From an uncultured Nitrososphaeraceae archaeon (GTDB lineage Archaea > Thermoproteota > Nitrososphaeria > Nitrososphaerales > Nitrososphaeraceae), in the NCBI GenBank assembly GCA_963765895.1, contig CAVXZB010000044.1:1-28488 (forward strand): DNA of 28,488 nucleotides, read 5' to 3'. Positions 1 to 9,306 of the stretch are shown one piece after another. The number at the start of each line of letters is the position of its first letter. Position 1 is the first letter of the stretch. A model generated the notes under the pieces. The model searched no databases, was not told the origin of the DNA, and worked only from the letters and a program-made list of their open reading frames with translations. The position numbers and the translations under genes are program-made.

Positions 1-696
1 TTTGATGAACCATCACGAGGATAAGTTTTCCTGCTAACAATCATAGGCTTATGTAAAACAGGCGAATACATCGAAATGATATCCCTTAATGACTCGACAT
101 CTTTTTCATTGGCCAACTTCAGGAGTTTATCATTTGTGATCTGTGGATATAGTGATAAATCTCCAGAACCTTCTGGTCCAATCCAATCTCGCTATCTCTA
201 GGATATAGTTCGCGAGCCAAAATTCCTCGACATCGTTAAATAAATCTGGATGGAAAACGTAACCTCGCTCGCTGGAATAATTTAGGAAATGCTTAAGCAT
301 TAGTCCAAATACATCTTCTACATATACCCTATCAATAGAACGTTCGCTGTGATGGCAAAACCCTATCATTATTCTCCAGAACTTTTCCGGGACTGGATCG
401 TCGGTTAACAATAAACGGAGCCCTTTATCGCTAATACTGTAAAACTTTTCTGGCCTTCCGCGGCCATACTTCCAATTGGCTTTCGAAATATATTCGTGAG
501 CTAGTAGGCTGTCAATAGCACGAGATACATCGTTATAGTGACGCTTTGGCATGTGAGACTGTAATTTACTTTTTGACAATTTTCCAAAGCCTGCCAGACA
601 TGCCAGAATATCTATCTGTAATTGTGGTTTGCTCCGGCTGTACCACTTTGGCTCATCTAAATATATGGTGTTTATACTTGGACATATAAAAGCCAT
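1..696 (-). pseudogene. Winged-helix DNA-binding protein, frameshifted, running off the window edge
   Basis: wHTH with wing GRGRPEKFYSISDKGL. After two frameshifts (~200 and ~158) the reading continues RDSEIGLDQKVLEI/LSLYPQITNDKLLKLANEKDVESLRDIISMY... open to position 1, resembling a second HTH. The indels could be sequencing errors. Confidence 0.6.
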
Positions 697-729
697 ATAT
701 TTAAATTTTTTAGAATGGTAAGAAATTTA

Positions 730-897
730 ATGATAAGAACTTTAATCCAAATCTCCCCTCAAGTATGGGGAAAGGTGAAAGACTTCGCAACTGTTAATGA
801 CATTTCTGTGAACTTAGCAGTTGAACAGTTGCTTACGCTGGCACTTACGCAGTCAGGTTATTTGCTGGGAAAAGTCCCGGCGAGGGCGGGGAATTGA
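730..897 (+). CDS. Ribbon-helix-helix (CopG/Arc-like) DNA-binding protein
   Basis: MIRTLIQI (alternating beta strand), SPQVWGKVKDFATVN (helix A), DISVNLAVEQLLTLAL (helix B). AT-rich TATA-like stretch at ~695-705 favours the ATG at 730. Confidence 0.7.
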   Translation: MIRTLIQISPQVWGKVKDFATVNDISVNLAVEQLLTLALTQSGYLLGKVPARAGN

Positions 898-914
898 ACC
901 ACTACGAACTCGAT

Positions 915-1070
915 ATGAACAAGGATCAAGACACTATATGCGAGGCCTCAGGATGTCATGCAAAAGCTACTGATACAATCGCAGTAAAAGTGGGAACACT
1001 AGGCGTAATTTCTTTATTGCTTTGCACCAGTTGCGTCTCTAAATTCCAGGAGGTTACACAGACATGCTGA
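915..1070 (+). CDS. 51-aa Zn-finger microprotein (not in the ORF track)
   Basis: MNKDQDTICEASGCHAKATDTIAVKVGTLGVISLLLCTSCVSKFQEVTQTC: Cx4C...CxxC. Its end overlaps the next start (ATGCTGA). Confidence 0.75.
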   Translation: MNKDQDTICEASGCHAKATDTIAVKVGTLGVISLLLCTSCVSKFQEVTQTC

Positions 1071-1267
1071 AAATCAAGCCATTTGAAGGCAAATGTTCAA
1101 AGTGCGCGCGTCATGAGAGACAAATTTCGAAGTTGACAAAGGCATTCATAACGGCAGACGATGAAAATGTGCGTCGCTGTAAGCAGTGCGAAGCCATGAT
1201 AAGGCGGTTCAAAGCTGAGCACAATTCAGAAAAGTTAAAGCAAAAGGCTGGTGTTAGAAGAGGTTGA
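1064..1267 (+). CDS. Small CxxC...CxxC Zn-binding protein
   Basis: CSKC and CKQC motifs. GGAGGT SD-like sequence at ~1049-1054. TTGA overlap with the next ORF. Confidence 0.65.
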   Translation: MLKIKPFEGKCSKCARHERQISKLTKAFITADDENVRRCKQCEAMIRRFKAEHNSEKLKQKAGVRRG

Positions 1268-1473
1268 GCGACCAGTTTCTAACACACAGGATCGTCATCT
1301 CTGGTGATACCAAAATGACTACCACTGATATATTACCTGATCTTGAAAATAAGGGTTTCCACAAGATAGCTCATAAAATCAAAAAATCAACTGCATTAGA
1401 CCAAGTTAATTTAGAACTGGAGTGGACAGATTATCTCCAAAATCTGGTTGATTGTGGGAATAAGCATCTCTGA
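1264..1473 (+). CDS. Hypothetical protein of the element; may be frameshifted, with true end at 1504
   Basis: TTG start overlapping the upstream stop. An alternative frame after CG reads ISISEEFSTQARYG* and ends 13 bp before the ATPase start. Confidence 0.5.
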   Translation: MSDQFLTHRIVISGDTKMTTTDILPDLENKGFHKIAHKIKKSTALDQVNLELEWTDYLQNLVDCGNKHL

Positions 1474-1517
1474 AGAGTTTTCGACTCAGGCTCGTTATGG
1501 ATGAGGTTTAGAAGAAG

Positions 1518-3376
1518 ATGGCAATAACATCAGAAGATGATAAGCAATCGTCTGCTAATATTAACTCACCACTTGATGTTGTAGCAAAAGAAGTAAAACA
1601 AGATGACAGGTTATGCAGACAAGTCTACTATACGCTTCTGAGTATGTATACGAAAAATCCTATTAATCTGGCTATAAATGCCCCCACGGGTGAAGGCAAG
1701 TCCTATCCAGTAAAAAAAGTAGCAGAGCTATTTCCGCAATCAGATGTTTTATTTCTAAGTGCAATGTCTGATAAGGCATTATTTCACAGACCTGGTGTAC
1801 TTGTTATAAAAAATGAAAATGGAGAATATCAACCTGTAGAGGATAAGATAGCGGAAATTGATTCAGAAATTGAAGATAAAGCAAGTGAAGTTTACACTAC
1901 AAGTGATACAAATTTAAAGAAAGGTCTGAAAAGTCAAATTAAGTGCTTAGAAGACGAAAAGAGAGAGCTGACAAAAGACGCAATGAAGTTAATTGATTTA
2001 AATCACAAGGCATTAATCTTTTTGGACACACCAAATCATACGCTACTAGAGGCAATAATGTCTCTTCTTAGTCACGACAATTATGAAGTGGAGTATCATT
2101 TTGTAGATAACTTGAACGGCATAAAAACAAAAATCAATGTGTTAAGAGGATTTCCAACTGTAATCTTCACAGCCGCTGTAGATTACAGCAAGTATCAACG
2201 CTGGCCAGAAATTCAAAGGAGATTTATAGTAACCAATCCCAAGATGACACCAGAAAAATACAAAGAGTCCATAGAGCTTATGGGGGCCAAGAATGGTTTA
2301 CCCGATTTTGTATATGATGCAACAGTAGTTTCTGAAAATGAAAAGAATCAAGCAAAAGTAATGATAAAAGAGTTGAAAGCAAAAATACTGTCAATTTCAG
2401 AGCTGAAATAGCAATGGCTCTCCTAATGTATTCATACCATTTAGAGAATCTATAGAAAAATCACTGCCAACCGATAAAGCCTCTGATATGACAACTGCTC
2501 AAAGACTTTATAACTACATAACATTGTTACCCATAGTAAATATTGACAAGCGACCCAGACTTGTTACTCGGCGTGAAGGTGATCCTATATAAAAGATATG
2601 TCCATTTGCAACCTTCGAAGACCTTCAAGAGTCAATATACCTTATGGAATATAGCAATGGGGTCAGACCATATGTGTTGGAGTGGTACAATGAAGTATTT
2701 CTAAACAGGTTTAATGAAATAAATAATGCGGCTCTAGACAATGATGGAAGTACAGGTTTAACAAGTCGCCAGTTAGCAGATGCCACATTTCAAACCAAAC
2801 GACGTAGATTATCATCAAAGCAAATTCTCGAAAATTACATAGAGCCTCTTATTAACGCAGGATATCTAGACAAAGTAGAAAATAAAGAAGACAGGCGCTC
2901 TTATCTCTTTTATCCAGTATTAAATATAAAACAGAAGAAATTATTCGATGGGACACAATCTAATAATTTATCACAACGAAACACAATTGGTATTGTAGAT
3001 TCTACAATATTTCCAGATGGAAATTATCTAATATCTAAAATTCAGGAGGTGTTGAGATATTCGTCTGAGATACATAAAATAACAAAATTAGAAAATCATG
3101 AAGACAAGGAGATAACTGCTGAGGAATTAGTCGATCAGGTACTATGCGGATCCTGGCAATTATTTTGAGACCTCCCCGACTTCGGCCTTGGAGAAAACCA
3201 CAACGACAGCCATTGCTATCTCTAATACTTCTATAGAGTTGGCTAAACCACTAGAAGTAAAAAATAATGAAATACATGGAGTCATCGCCGAATATTCTTT
3301 GAATACGATAAACAAGGATAAATCACAACAAACTCTAGATATCAATATAGAACCTATACAAAATAAACAAGAATAG
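1518..3376 (+). pseudogene. AAA+/MCM-like P-loop ATPase (putative replication protein) with coiled-coil insert and C-terminal wHTH, disrupted
   Basis: Walker A NAPTGEGKS, Walker B-like LIFLDT, Arg-finger-like EIQRRF. After a frameshift at ~2407 it reads NVFIPFRE...SDMTTAQRL...RPRLV, then in-frame TAA at 2590-2592, then CPFATFEDL in frame with ORF 2644 (wHTH: LTSRQLA...YIEPLINAGYLDK...LFYPV). A frameshift at ~3139 gives DQYYADPGNYF and joins ORF 3188-3376. Confidence 0.75.
2940..2967. repeat. 11-6-11 inverted repeat, copy 1
   Basis: ATTATTCGATG-GGACAC-AATCTAATAAT; two arm differences from copy 2. The symmetry extends to 2938-2969. Confidence 0.8.
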
Positions 3377-3383
3377 TCTACAA

Positions 3384-3411
3384 ATTATTCGATTAAAGCA
3401 AATCGAATAAT
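3384..3411. repeat. Perfect 11-6-11 inverted repeat, copy 2
   Basis: ATTATTCGATT-AAAGCA-AATCGAATAAT; the arms are exact reverse complements. Confidence 0.9.
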
Positions 3412-3780
3412 ATTCTATTCTCAAATACCATTAGTGAACTATACCTGTCTGGGTATGACCCAATTGCTTCGTTATCTTAGTAATGGCGCTAATCCTCTTG
3501 TCCATGGGCGCCAACATATTCGGTTCTGTTAATACTTAAGTACATTTAACAAATTGGCCAACATTGGATTTTTTAACGCCGTCTTGATTATCACAGAAAT
3601 AGGGTTACAATACGATGTCTGAGTGACTAGAATTTGGACATTTACTCAAATTGGATACAAGATCATAAACTTGCAGTATGTAACAAATGTACATTGAAGA
3701 GATCTTCCGTATCTCCAGCTAATTGCACACACGATTGTACGTGCTTTCTAAAATAGTTAACTTCTTGAAAGATCAAGTTC

Positions 3781-4044
3781 CTAACCAAATGATTTAATTC
3801 TTGATTCGCTTGAAGTTCTCATCTTCTCATACGCTGACTTTATGTATTTGATACAATCTAGCGTGTCAACACAAATATTAGCATTAGCAGTAATAATATT
3901 TCGTATTTCTAGGTCTGATTTATTAAAAGGGGCCCTTATCTCAACTATGTCTTTATCAACAATAATTTCAGAAGTCTTTCTACGTTTGGTCTTTACTACA
4001 GAGTAATTGATTGTAGTATTACCATAATCCAGCTTTACTTTCAA
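3781..4044 (-). pseudogene. N-terminal fragment of a YgjP/DUF45 (M48-like) metallohydrolase fused to unrelated sequence
   Basis: INYSVVKTKRRKTSEIIVDKDIVEIRAPFNKSDLEIRNII is the typical DUF45 N-terminus. The HExxH domain is absent and the last ~30 aa do not resemble the family. Confidence 0.7.
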
Positions 4045-4137
4045 TTTTGTTGGCCCAGATTGTGTTCTGCTAAATCTATGATCTTGTGGGTTAATTCATC
4101 GGGAAAGCTAATGGGAATATTTAGCGGCACATAAATC
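4041..4137 (-). pseudogene. 3' tail of an upstream gene, probably type I restriction subunit HsdR
   Basis: Reads ...LNIPISFPDELTHKIIDLAEHNLGQQN* with a TTGA overlap onto the ygjP start. hsdR-ygjP coupling is a common arrangement; the identity is inferred from context. Confidence 0.4.
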
Positions 4138-4822
4138 AGAGTTATTAAATGCCCCTAAATTACTCATCAATAAATTATTCTATAAATAGGTAACACTTTC
4201 ATGACTTGAAGTGAACTTGATTAGTCATAAACAAAATTATCGGCTCTACAAATCGATGATATCTATAGATAGTAGCAATTAGTCGATGCGAATCAGCATA
4301 TTTAATCATGCAATAAGTTTAACACATCGGACGATATCGAATTTTTAACACGTCCGGCGTAATTATCCTGAAACTAACGTTATAATACAGATATGGGAGA
4401 TGCCAGATTATAAATATTATCAAAAATGCTGCATGCTACGTGTAGGTATACTGATTATGAGGCGCGCACCAAATAGGTAGGTATTATGGATAAGATCTAT
4501 CTCGTAACACGACTACATTTTAAGCCGTAAGGGTGACGCCTCAATTAATGGCTGATTATCAGTCAAGAATCATAATACATAGAGAGAATGAAATGAAAGA
4601 AAAGAGATATGGAATATGAAATCTACTATCATCCAAAACGACATCGACAAGCATGTGAAGATCATTATGCGTACAATCACGGAGTACTCATCCACTATAC
4701 TAGGATCGGCCTAGGAACCTTTGATCGTCGTGATCCCTGGCTTTCCTGACTTTGTTATACCTGGCGCATGTTTGGCATAATACGGTAACAGGACTTGTGT
4801 TCAAAACATCTACGTTTTTTCT

Positions 4823-5284
4823 CTAGTCGGTTTTTTGCAAATATTCTGTGTATCTTGGTGGCAGATAGAATATCTTTTCTGGCTTTATTTTAAGAATAAT
4901 CCTCTTTACGCTGGGTGAATGAGCAGGATACGTTGCTGTATTGAGATATCTCTTTGCAAGCTTATCAATGTGTTGATCAGCTCCTTCAGTTGTCTGTTCA
5001 ACTACTCTTCCCTTAATAGTTACCATACTGTATGGGTTATCTTCATCTACTATTGAAAGTGATACCCTTGGATCTCTGGATACATTCTTTTGCTTTAAAC
5101 GATCCTTGGCAGTATTTATCAGAATTACTTCCTCTTTATTACCTTCCTCTATATCTATCCACGTAGGTGTAACTTGTGGCGAACCGTCTTTGTTTAAAGT
5201 ACTTAAAAAGCCAAAATTTGTTCCTCTGAAAAATTTGACAATTGGTTCTCTTAGTATGCTACCATTGTTTTTCTGTTTGTTCAT
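4823..5284 (-). CDS. PPOX-class (pyridoxamine 5'-phosphate oxidase-like) F420-dependent oxidoreductase, Rv1155-like
   Basis: FLSTLNKDGSPQVTPTW, KQKNVSRDPRVSLSIVD, PYSMVTIKGRV, ADQHIDKLAKRYL. Confidence 0.9.
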   Translation of the reverse strand: MNKQKNNGSILREPIVKFFRGTNFGFLSTLNKDGSPQVTPTWIDIEEGNKEEVILINTAKDRLKQKNVSRDPRVSLSIVDEDNPYSMVTIKGRVVEQTTEGADQHIDKLAKRYLNTATYPAHSPSVKRIILKIKPEKIFYLPPRYTEYLQKTD

Positions 5285-5423
5285 GATTCATCAAGTACTA
5301 CTCATTAACTCTTAAAAATCAAGCAGCTACGTCTATCGCGAGTAGACGCTATGTCTTCTAGTTTCTTATAGTTTAGTGAAAAGCATTGCAGAAAAATTGA
5401 ACAGTCTATCCCTATGTACGAGT

Positions 5424-5855
5424 ATGTATAAACCCCTAATTCAAACTTCATCACTCATAATTATATTAACTGCACTAGCGACTACTCTGTCGTTATCTTA
5501 TACTAATGTCTGGGCAGCAGCCAACAATGATCCGATAAAAGGGATGACAATTACGGCTGGCTCATTTAACCAGCCAGGGCAACATGACAAGCAGGGACCA
5601 CAGGGACCTCCTGGACCTACACCAGGACCGTGGATATATTTAACATTTGATTCTTGCAGTGGAACAAATGGAAATCACGACGTAACATGTAACGTACACG
5701 ACGAGACAGATATAACACAACTAACATGTACAGTAGCAGATCCTGCAATTTCAGGAGGAGTTAACGTAGGTATGTGTACTACGAACAATGGCAAACATCT
5801 ACAATGCACCATTCCTCCTCAACCAGGTGTTTTTGGATGTAACTTACAGTCCTAA
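5424..5855 (+). CDS. Secreted protein with a short collagen-like linker and a 6-Cys C-terminal domain
   Basis: Signal peptide ending VWA, QGPQGPPGPTPGP linker, six Cys. ATG at 5424 preferred over GTG at 5376. Confidence 0.7.
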   Translation: MYKPLIQTSSLIIILTALATTLSLSYTNVWAAANNDPIKGMTITAGSFNQPGQHDKQGPQGPPGPTPGPWIYLTFDSCSGTNGNHDVTCNVHDETDITQLTCTVADPAISGGVNVGMCTTNNGKHLQCTIPPQPGVFGCNLQS

Positions 5856-5909
5856 ATGAGCTTTCTATGACATTAAAAGATAATTAACATACCTGCTTTC
5901 TTTGTACTA

Positions 5910-6350
5910 ATGAAAGTACTTCCCCATGTCATGAGAAATATCAATGAATTTAACATACCCAATGGAAATTCTCTAGGATATGAAATTTTGTACTTTGGTG
6001 TAAATCTCATACTCATGTTTGATTATAGACTATCTTTTGATGTAGAAGTAACCAATTCAAATAAAGAAATAGAAGTTCTAGTTATGAGTAGAAAAGATGT
6101 ACCGACATGGAAGGAAAATAATGAAAGTAAAAGGCCCGAAATTAACTTCTATTACAGTAGAAGTGGACTAAAAATTAATGATGTCTTTAAGCCTACTACA
6201 AGTGACGCATATGCATTTGTACTAAACAACCGAGGATCTTCTATTAGTCAAGAAGTAAAAACAGTTGAAGTTACGTTGATTCATAACTGGCAACAGGAGG
6301 TAAAGGAGTCTCAATTAAAAGATCGGCCCAAAGAACAATCGATTAAATAA
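5910..6350 (+). CDS. Hypothetical beta-sandwich protein (GOLD/PPC-like pattern)
   Basis: Alternating beta-strand pattern and DAYAFVLNN...VKTVEVTL; the fold is a guess. Confidence 0.55.
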   Translation: MKVLPHVMRNINEFNIPNGNSLGYEILYFGVNLILMFDYRLSFDVEVTNSNKEIEVLVMSRKDVPTWKENNESKRPEINFYYSRSGLKINDVFKPTTSDAYAFVLNNRGSSISQEVKTVEVTLIHNWQQEVKESQLKDRPKEQSIK

Positions 6351-6718
6351 TGTATTAATGAAGATGCCTTCCTTCAAATAACATCAAGACATATATCTTT
6401 AGCTTGTTTCATCATGGGGAGTAGAAAAGACGGCTAGTCAGAGAGCGCCTGACCAACAGGTAAAATTTCGTAATGACTGCAATGGCACAAAGTGGTTGTT
6501 CAATGAAGTCGTTGAAATCATACCACCTACGAGTTAAGGAGAGACTTCATCCTTGTTTAAAACGTCACATGCCAAATGGTTGTCATCTCCTCTTTCTTCA
6601 CATGTTACATAATGCAGTCCTGGTTTTAGGTCAGCAAAGTCAGAAGTATCTTGCCAGGTAAATAATCCTTATTCTAGCAACATTTCCAATAGAGCGGTAT
6701 AAAAAAGGTAGTAGGAAT

Positions 6719-7072
6719 TTACGAACTAATACGGAAGCATTTACCTGATTCGTCATTATCAAGTCGTGCGTATCCAGTAGGACATGGACCCTTAGGAAAG
6801 CAGTTCCCCTTATCATTAGCAGAAAACCCAGATGGACATTTACCTGTTGTCAGGTCGGGTTTACATTTAGCTAGACCATTAGGATTAAAGGCACAGTCCT
6901 TATCAGGTTTGGCCGTCGGAGCTGCGGTATCCTCGCTACCAGAGCTAGAGCCACTCGACCCGCTATCAGACTTCGATTTAGCCAGGAGCATCCAGTTACT
7001 AGAACCAGCTACAGCAGAGGACATTAGGAGGAAGATGGCCATAGCACTTACTACAACTAATTTTTTATTCAT
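6719..7072 (-). CDS. Secreted protein with a Ser/Gly linker and a 6-Cys CPxG-repeat domain
   Basis: Signal peptide MNKKLVVVSAMAIFLLMSSAVA. Domain CAFNPN..KCKPD..GKCPSGF..NDKGNCFP.GPCPTG..R.DNDESGKC. A paralog lies at 26809-27506. Confidence 0.8.
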   Translation of the reverse strand: MNKKLVVVSAMAIFLLMSSAVAGSSNWMLLAKSKSDSGSSGSSSGSEDTAAPTAKPDKDCAFNPNGLAKCKPDLTTGKCPSGFSANDKGNCFPKGPCPTGYARLDNDESGKCFRISS

Positions 7073-7224
7073 ATATACTCACAACTACTAAGGCGACGTA
7101 TTAACATGTTATTCAATGCGTTGCAGTTAGACCAAGTCCTTATACAGTTTCATATGATATTATACTATTAAGGTATGAGAGGTAGAAGGTAGGTAATGGC
7201 TAATATCACTCAAGGAAAATTTGT

Positions 7225-7242
7225 TTGCATAGATTTATGCAA
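7225..7242. promoter_or_regulatory. Palindromic candidate operator in a divergent intergenic region
   Basis: TTGCATA-GATT-TATGCAA, about 90 bp upstream of the PepSY-like gene. Confidence 0.35.
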
Positions 7243-7332
7243 GACTAATAAGCATAGCGGAACTTAATTAATTCATTGTTACTTTGATGTGATATAACTT
7301 ATTATAATAAAAGATCGTGTGTCTATTTACGT

Positions 7333-7962
7333 ATGAAAACAAAACACACAGCAGGTTATATAGCAGCTATGTCAGGCATTGCTATAGCCCTCGGATTTGT
7401 AATGCTATCAAATGGTAGTAATGCACTAGCTCAGCAACAAACTAACAATACTACGAATGGCCCTATGATGACAATGATGCCCAGTGGCCAACAAATGTCC
7501 CAGAATCCAAATTCTATGAGAATGAATACAATGAATTTGAATAGCTCGGTATCTCTATTCAGCCCGGTAATAGATGCAATAAAGGCAAAGATACATACAA
7601 CACTAAATGATGCCACTACAAATGCATTAAAAGCAGTTGGAGGCGGCTCAAACTCGTCAGCTGTTGCAGCGTTTATTCACCCGGAGAGAGGATTTCTAGT
7701 ATATGATGTATTTGTTCTAGATACTAACGACAATATTCATCGAGTAATAGTAGATCCTGGAAACGGAAAAGTGCTATCCAACCAACCAATGTCCTTGATG
7801 GGAATGATGGCAATGATGCATCCTTCTATGGGAATGATGGGAGGTCCTGGCATGGGAATGATGGATCATGGAATGATGATGCAGCATGGCATGATGGGAG
7901 GTCCTGGCATGATGGATCATGGAATGGGAATGATGGGAAGTCCTCAGAACAATCCATGGTAG
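7333..7962 (+). CDS. Secreted PepSY-like domain protein with a Met/His/Gly-rich tail
   Basis: Signal peptide ending ALA. TTLNDATTNALKAV...FLVYDVFV...HRVIVDPGNGKVLS fits the PepSY signature. Tail MMGGPGMGMMDHGMMMQHGMMGGPGMMDHGMGMM. Confidence 0.8.
   Translation: MKTKHTAGYIAAMSGIAIALGFVMLSNGSNALAQQQTNNTTNGPMMTMMPSGQQMSQNPNSMRMNTMNLNSSVSLFSPVIDAIKAKIHTTLNDATTNALKAVGGGSNSSAVAAFIHPERGFLVYDVFVLDTNDNIHRVIVDPGNGKVLSNQPMSLMGMMAMMHPSMGMMGGPGMGMMDHGMMMQHGMMGGPGMMDHGMGMMGSPQNNPW
7798..7940 (+). repeat. Intragenic low-complexity repeat encoding the Met-rich tail
   Basis: ATGATGGGAGGTCCTGGCATG twice, ATGATGGATCATGGAATG twice, several ATGGGAATGATG units. Confidence 0.8.
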
Positions 7963-8019
7963 TAACTAATGTAATGATACTAGATGAGGCAGCAAGTAAT
8001 AGGAAAGATAAATTTATCA

Positions 8020-8040
8020 TTTTTTCTTTTTTTGTTCTTT
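8020..8040 (+). terminator. Archaeal poly-T terminator candidate
   Basis: TTTTTTCTTTTTTTGTTCTTT about 60 bp after the PepSY-like stop. Confidence 0.5.
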
Positions 8041-8284
8041 GTACTATTTTAAAAAGGATGGACGTCTTGTGGGTCTATCTTTTGGGTTGCTAATAGTAGG
8101 TAACCAGTCGGCAGGCAGCCCCCTAAGAAGTAGCGGTCTTTATACAACGGCTAACCTACAAGTTTGGCTTTGCTAATTTCCTTGTACACCAGGGGCAAAA
8201 CTTGAAAGGCTCTAGACTAGCGACAGCCCGCTCGTAGCCCATAAAATAGATGTACCGCTTTTTCACTGCGTTGAATCGGCCGCA

Positions 8285-8653
8285 ATGACCAGCGGCTCGA
8301 CTTTATTCTCCGATATAAACGGCGGTAAGAATGGATTCCAATTTGAATCTGGAACTGAAAAAAAAAGTTATAGCGGACGATTAGGACAGCGTAATAATAT
8401 TGGCAACCTGAAGCCAGGTCAGATCTATCAGCTTAGAATGACTAAAAAGAATGTAGGTGCTGATGTTCAGTTAAACACTTGGGTAAACAATAACCCACAT
8501 TGTTCATATTTACATAAAAACGGTTGGGTAAAGCGACAAGGCGTGACGAGCAAGTGTGAACCAATAGACCAACTGCGTATAGATAACTGGCCGGAGGCAC
8601 CGGGCACCGACAGTAAGAATGCCATCTCTGTTAGCTCACCGAATTTAGGCTAG
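8285..8653 (+). pseudogene. Probable C-terminal fragment of a secreted beta-jelly-roll (carbohydrate-binding/lyase-like) protein
   Basis: Beta-rich ...QIYQLRMTKKN...VQLNTWVN...QLRIDNW. No signal peptide or clear promoter; family uncertain. Confidence 0.35.
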
Positions 8654-8728
8654 TTCTTGCCCGATGGGACGATATTATATTTCTTCTCCGTGCTAAAAAT
8701 CAGTGACGTACCAAGTATATCTTGACAT

Positions 8729-9035
8729 CTAATGTCGGGAGCCCATGAGTTCGCGTGAGGAAATAATGTAGAGTGCTCGCTTTACTTCGCACCATCCCCG
8801 TATATATCCTTCACCGAATGCCACACTATGATGATCAAGTCCTTTACCTGTTTGATTTATGTAAGGCCCATAATAACCAGGACCACCACCAAATCCATGA
8901 AGGACATTAGGAGGAAAACCTGCATCTTGCACTCCATAATTAAACCCTGTTTGAAACGCTGGTGCTCGCATATACAACACTCTGCGCGCCTATCATTAGG
9001 ACTATAACTGCAACTGCGCCTATCAAGACTTTCAT
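8729..9035 (-). pseudogene. Small secreted GFxxGVxDA...GYIxGWC protein, frameshifted after its signal peptide
   Basis: ATG at 9035 gives MKVLIGAVAVIVLMIGAQSVVYAS. The frame changes at ~8960 into AFQTGFNYGVQDA...YINQTGKGLDHHSVAFGEGYIRGWC. Confidence 0.75.
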
Positions 9036-9039
9036 TTAC

Positions 9040-9280
9040 CTATGCATCCTCCGCCGAGTTACATATATGCTCATCATTGCCCTTCACAGACAGACATCCA
9101 GCCATAAACCCGCGCTCGTATGGATCGCCACATTGTGTTAACTTGTCCTGACTAAAGTGGTGATTTAGACCGTCGTTATATCCGTCTTTGTAACAATTTT
9201 CTGCGTATATTGGCTTTGGCATTAGTACCGACTGTACTTAGAACCGCTAAGACTGCGATTGTTGTTACGATTGTTTTCAT
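9040..9280 (-). pseudogene. Small secreted Cys/GYxxG protein, frameshifted late in its signal peptide
   Basis: ATG at 9280 gives MKTIVTTIAVLAVLSTVG. The frame changes at ~9229 into VLMPKPIYA-ENCYKDGYNDG...CGDPYERGFMAGCLSVKGNDEHIC. Confidence 0.75.
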
Positions 9281-9306
9281 ATCTTAATGGACCATGCCGT
9301 GGCTAG

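Larger units (their letters stand above)
1..3430. mobile_element. Decayed replication/regulation module of an integrated plasmid-like element; boundaries unknown, extends beyond the left edge
   Basis: Gene order: divergent wHTH, then RHH, Zn-finger, Zn-finger, small ORF, P-loop ATPase-wHTH, with overlapping start/stop codons. This layout is typical of archaeal plasmids and integrative elements. No integrase in the window. Confidence 0.6.

Noticed and set aside
874-912. Minus-strand GTTCGTAGTGGTTCAATTCCCCGCCCTCGCC resembles a tRNA T-arm and 3' end (possible att site)
   Set aside because: The T-stem pairs poorly and there is no 5' half or second copy. It lies inside the RHH/Zn-finger operon rather than at an element boundary.
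6473-6690. ORF 6473-6661 and minus-strand frame GLFTWQDTSDFADLKPGLHYVTCEE...
   Set aside because: No recognisable family; possibly a remnant.
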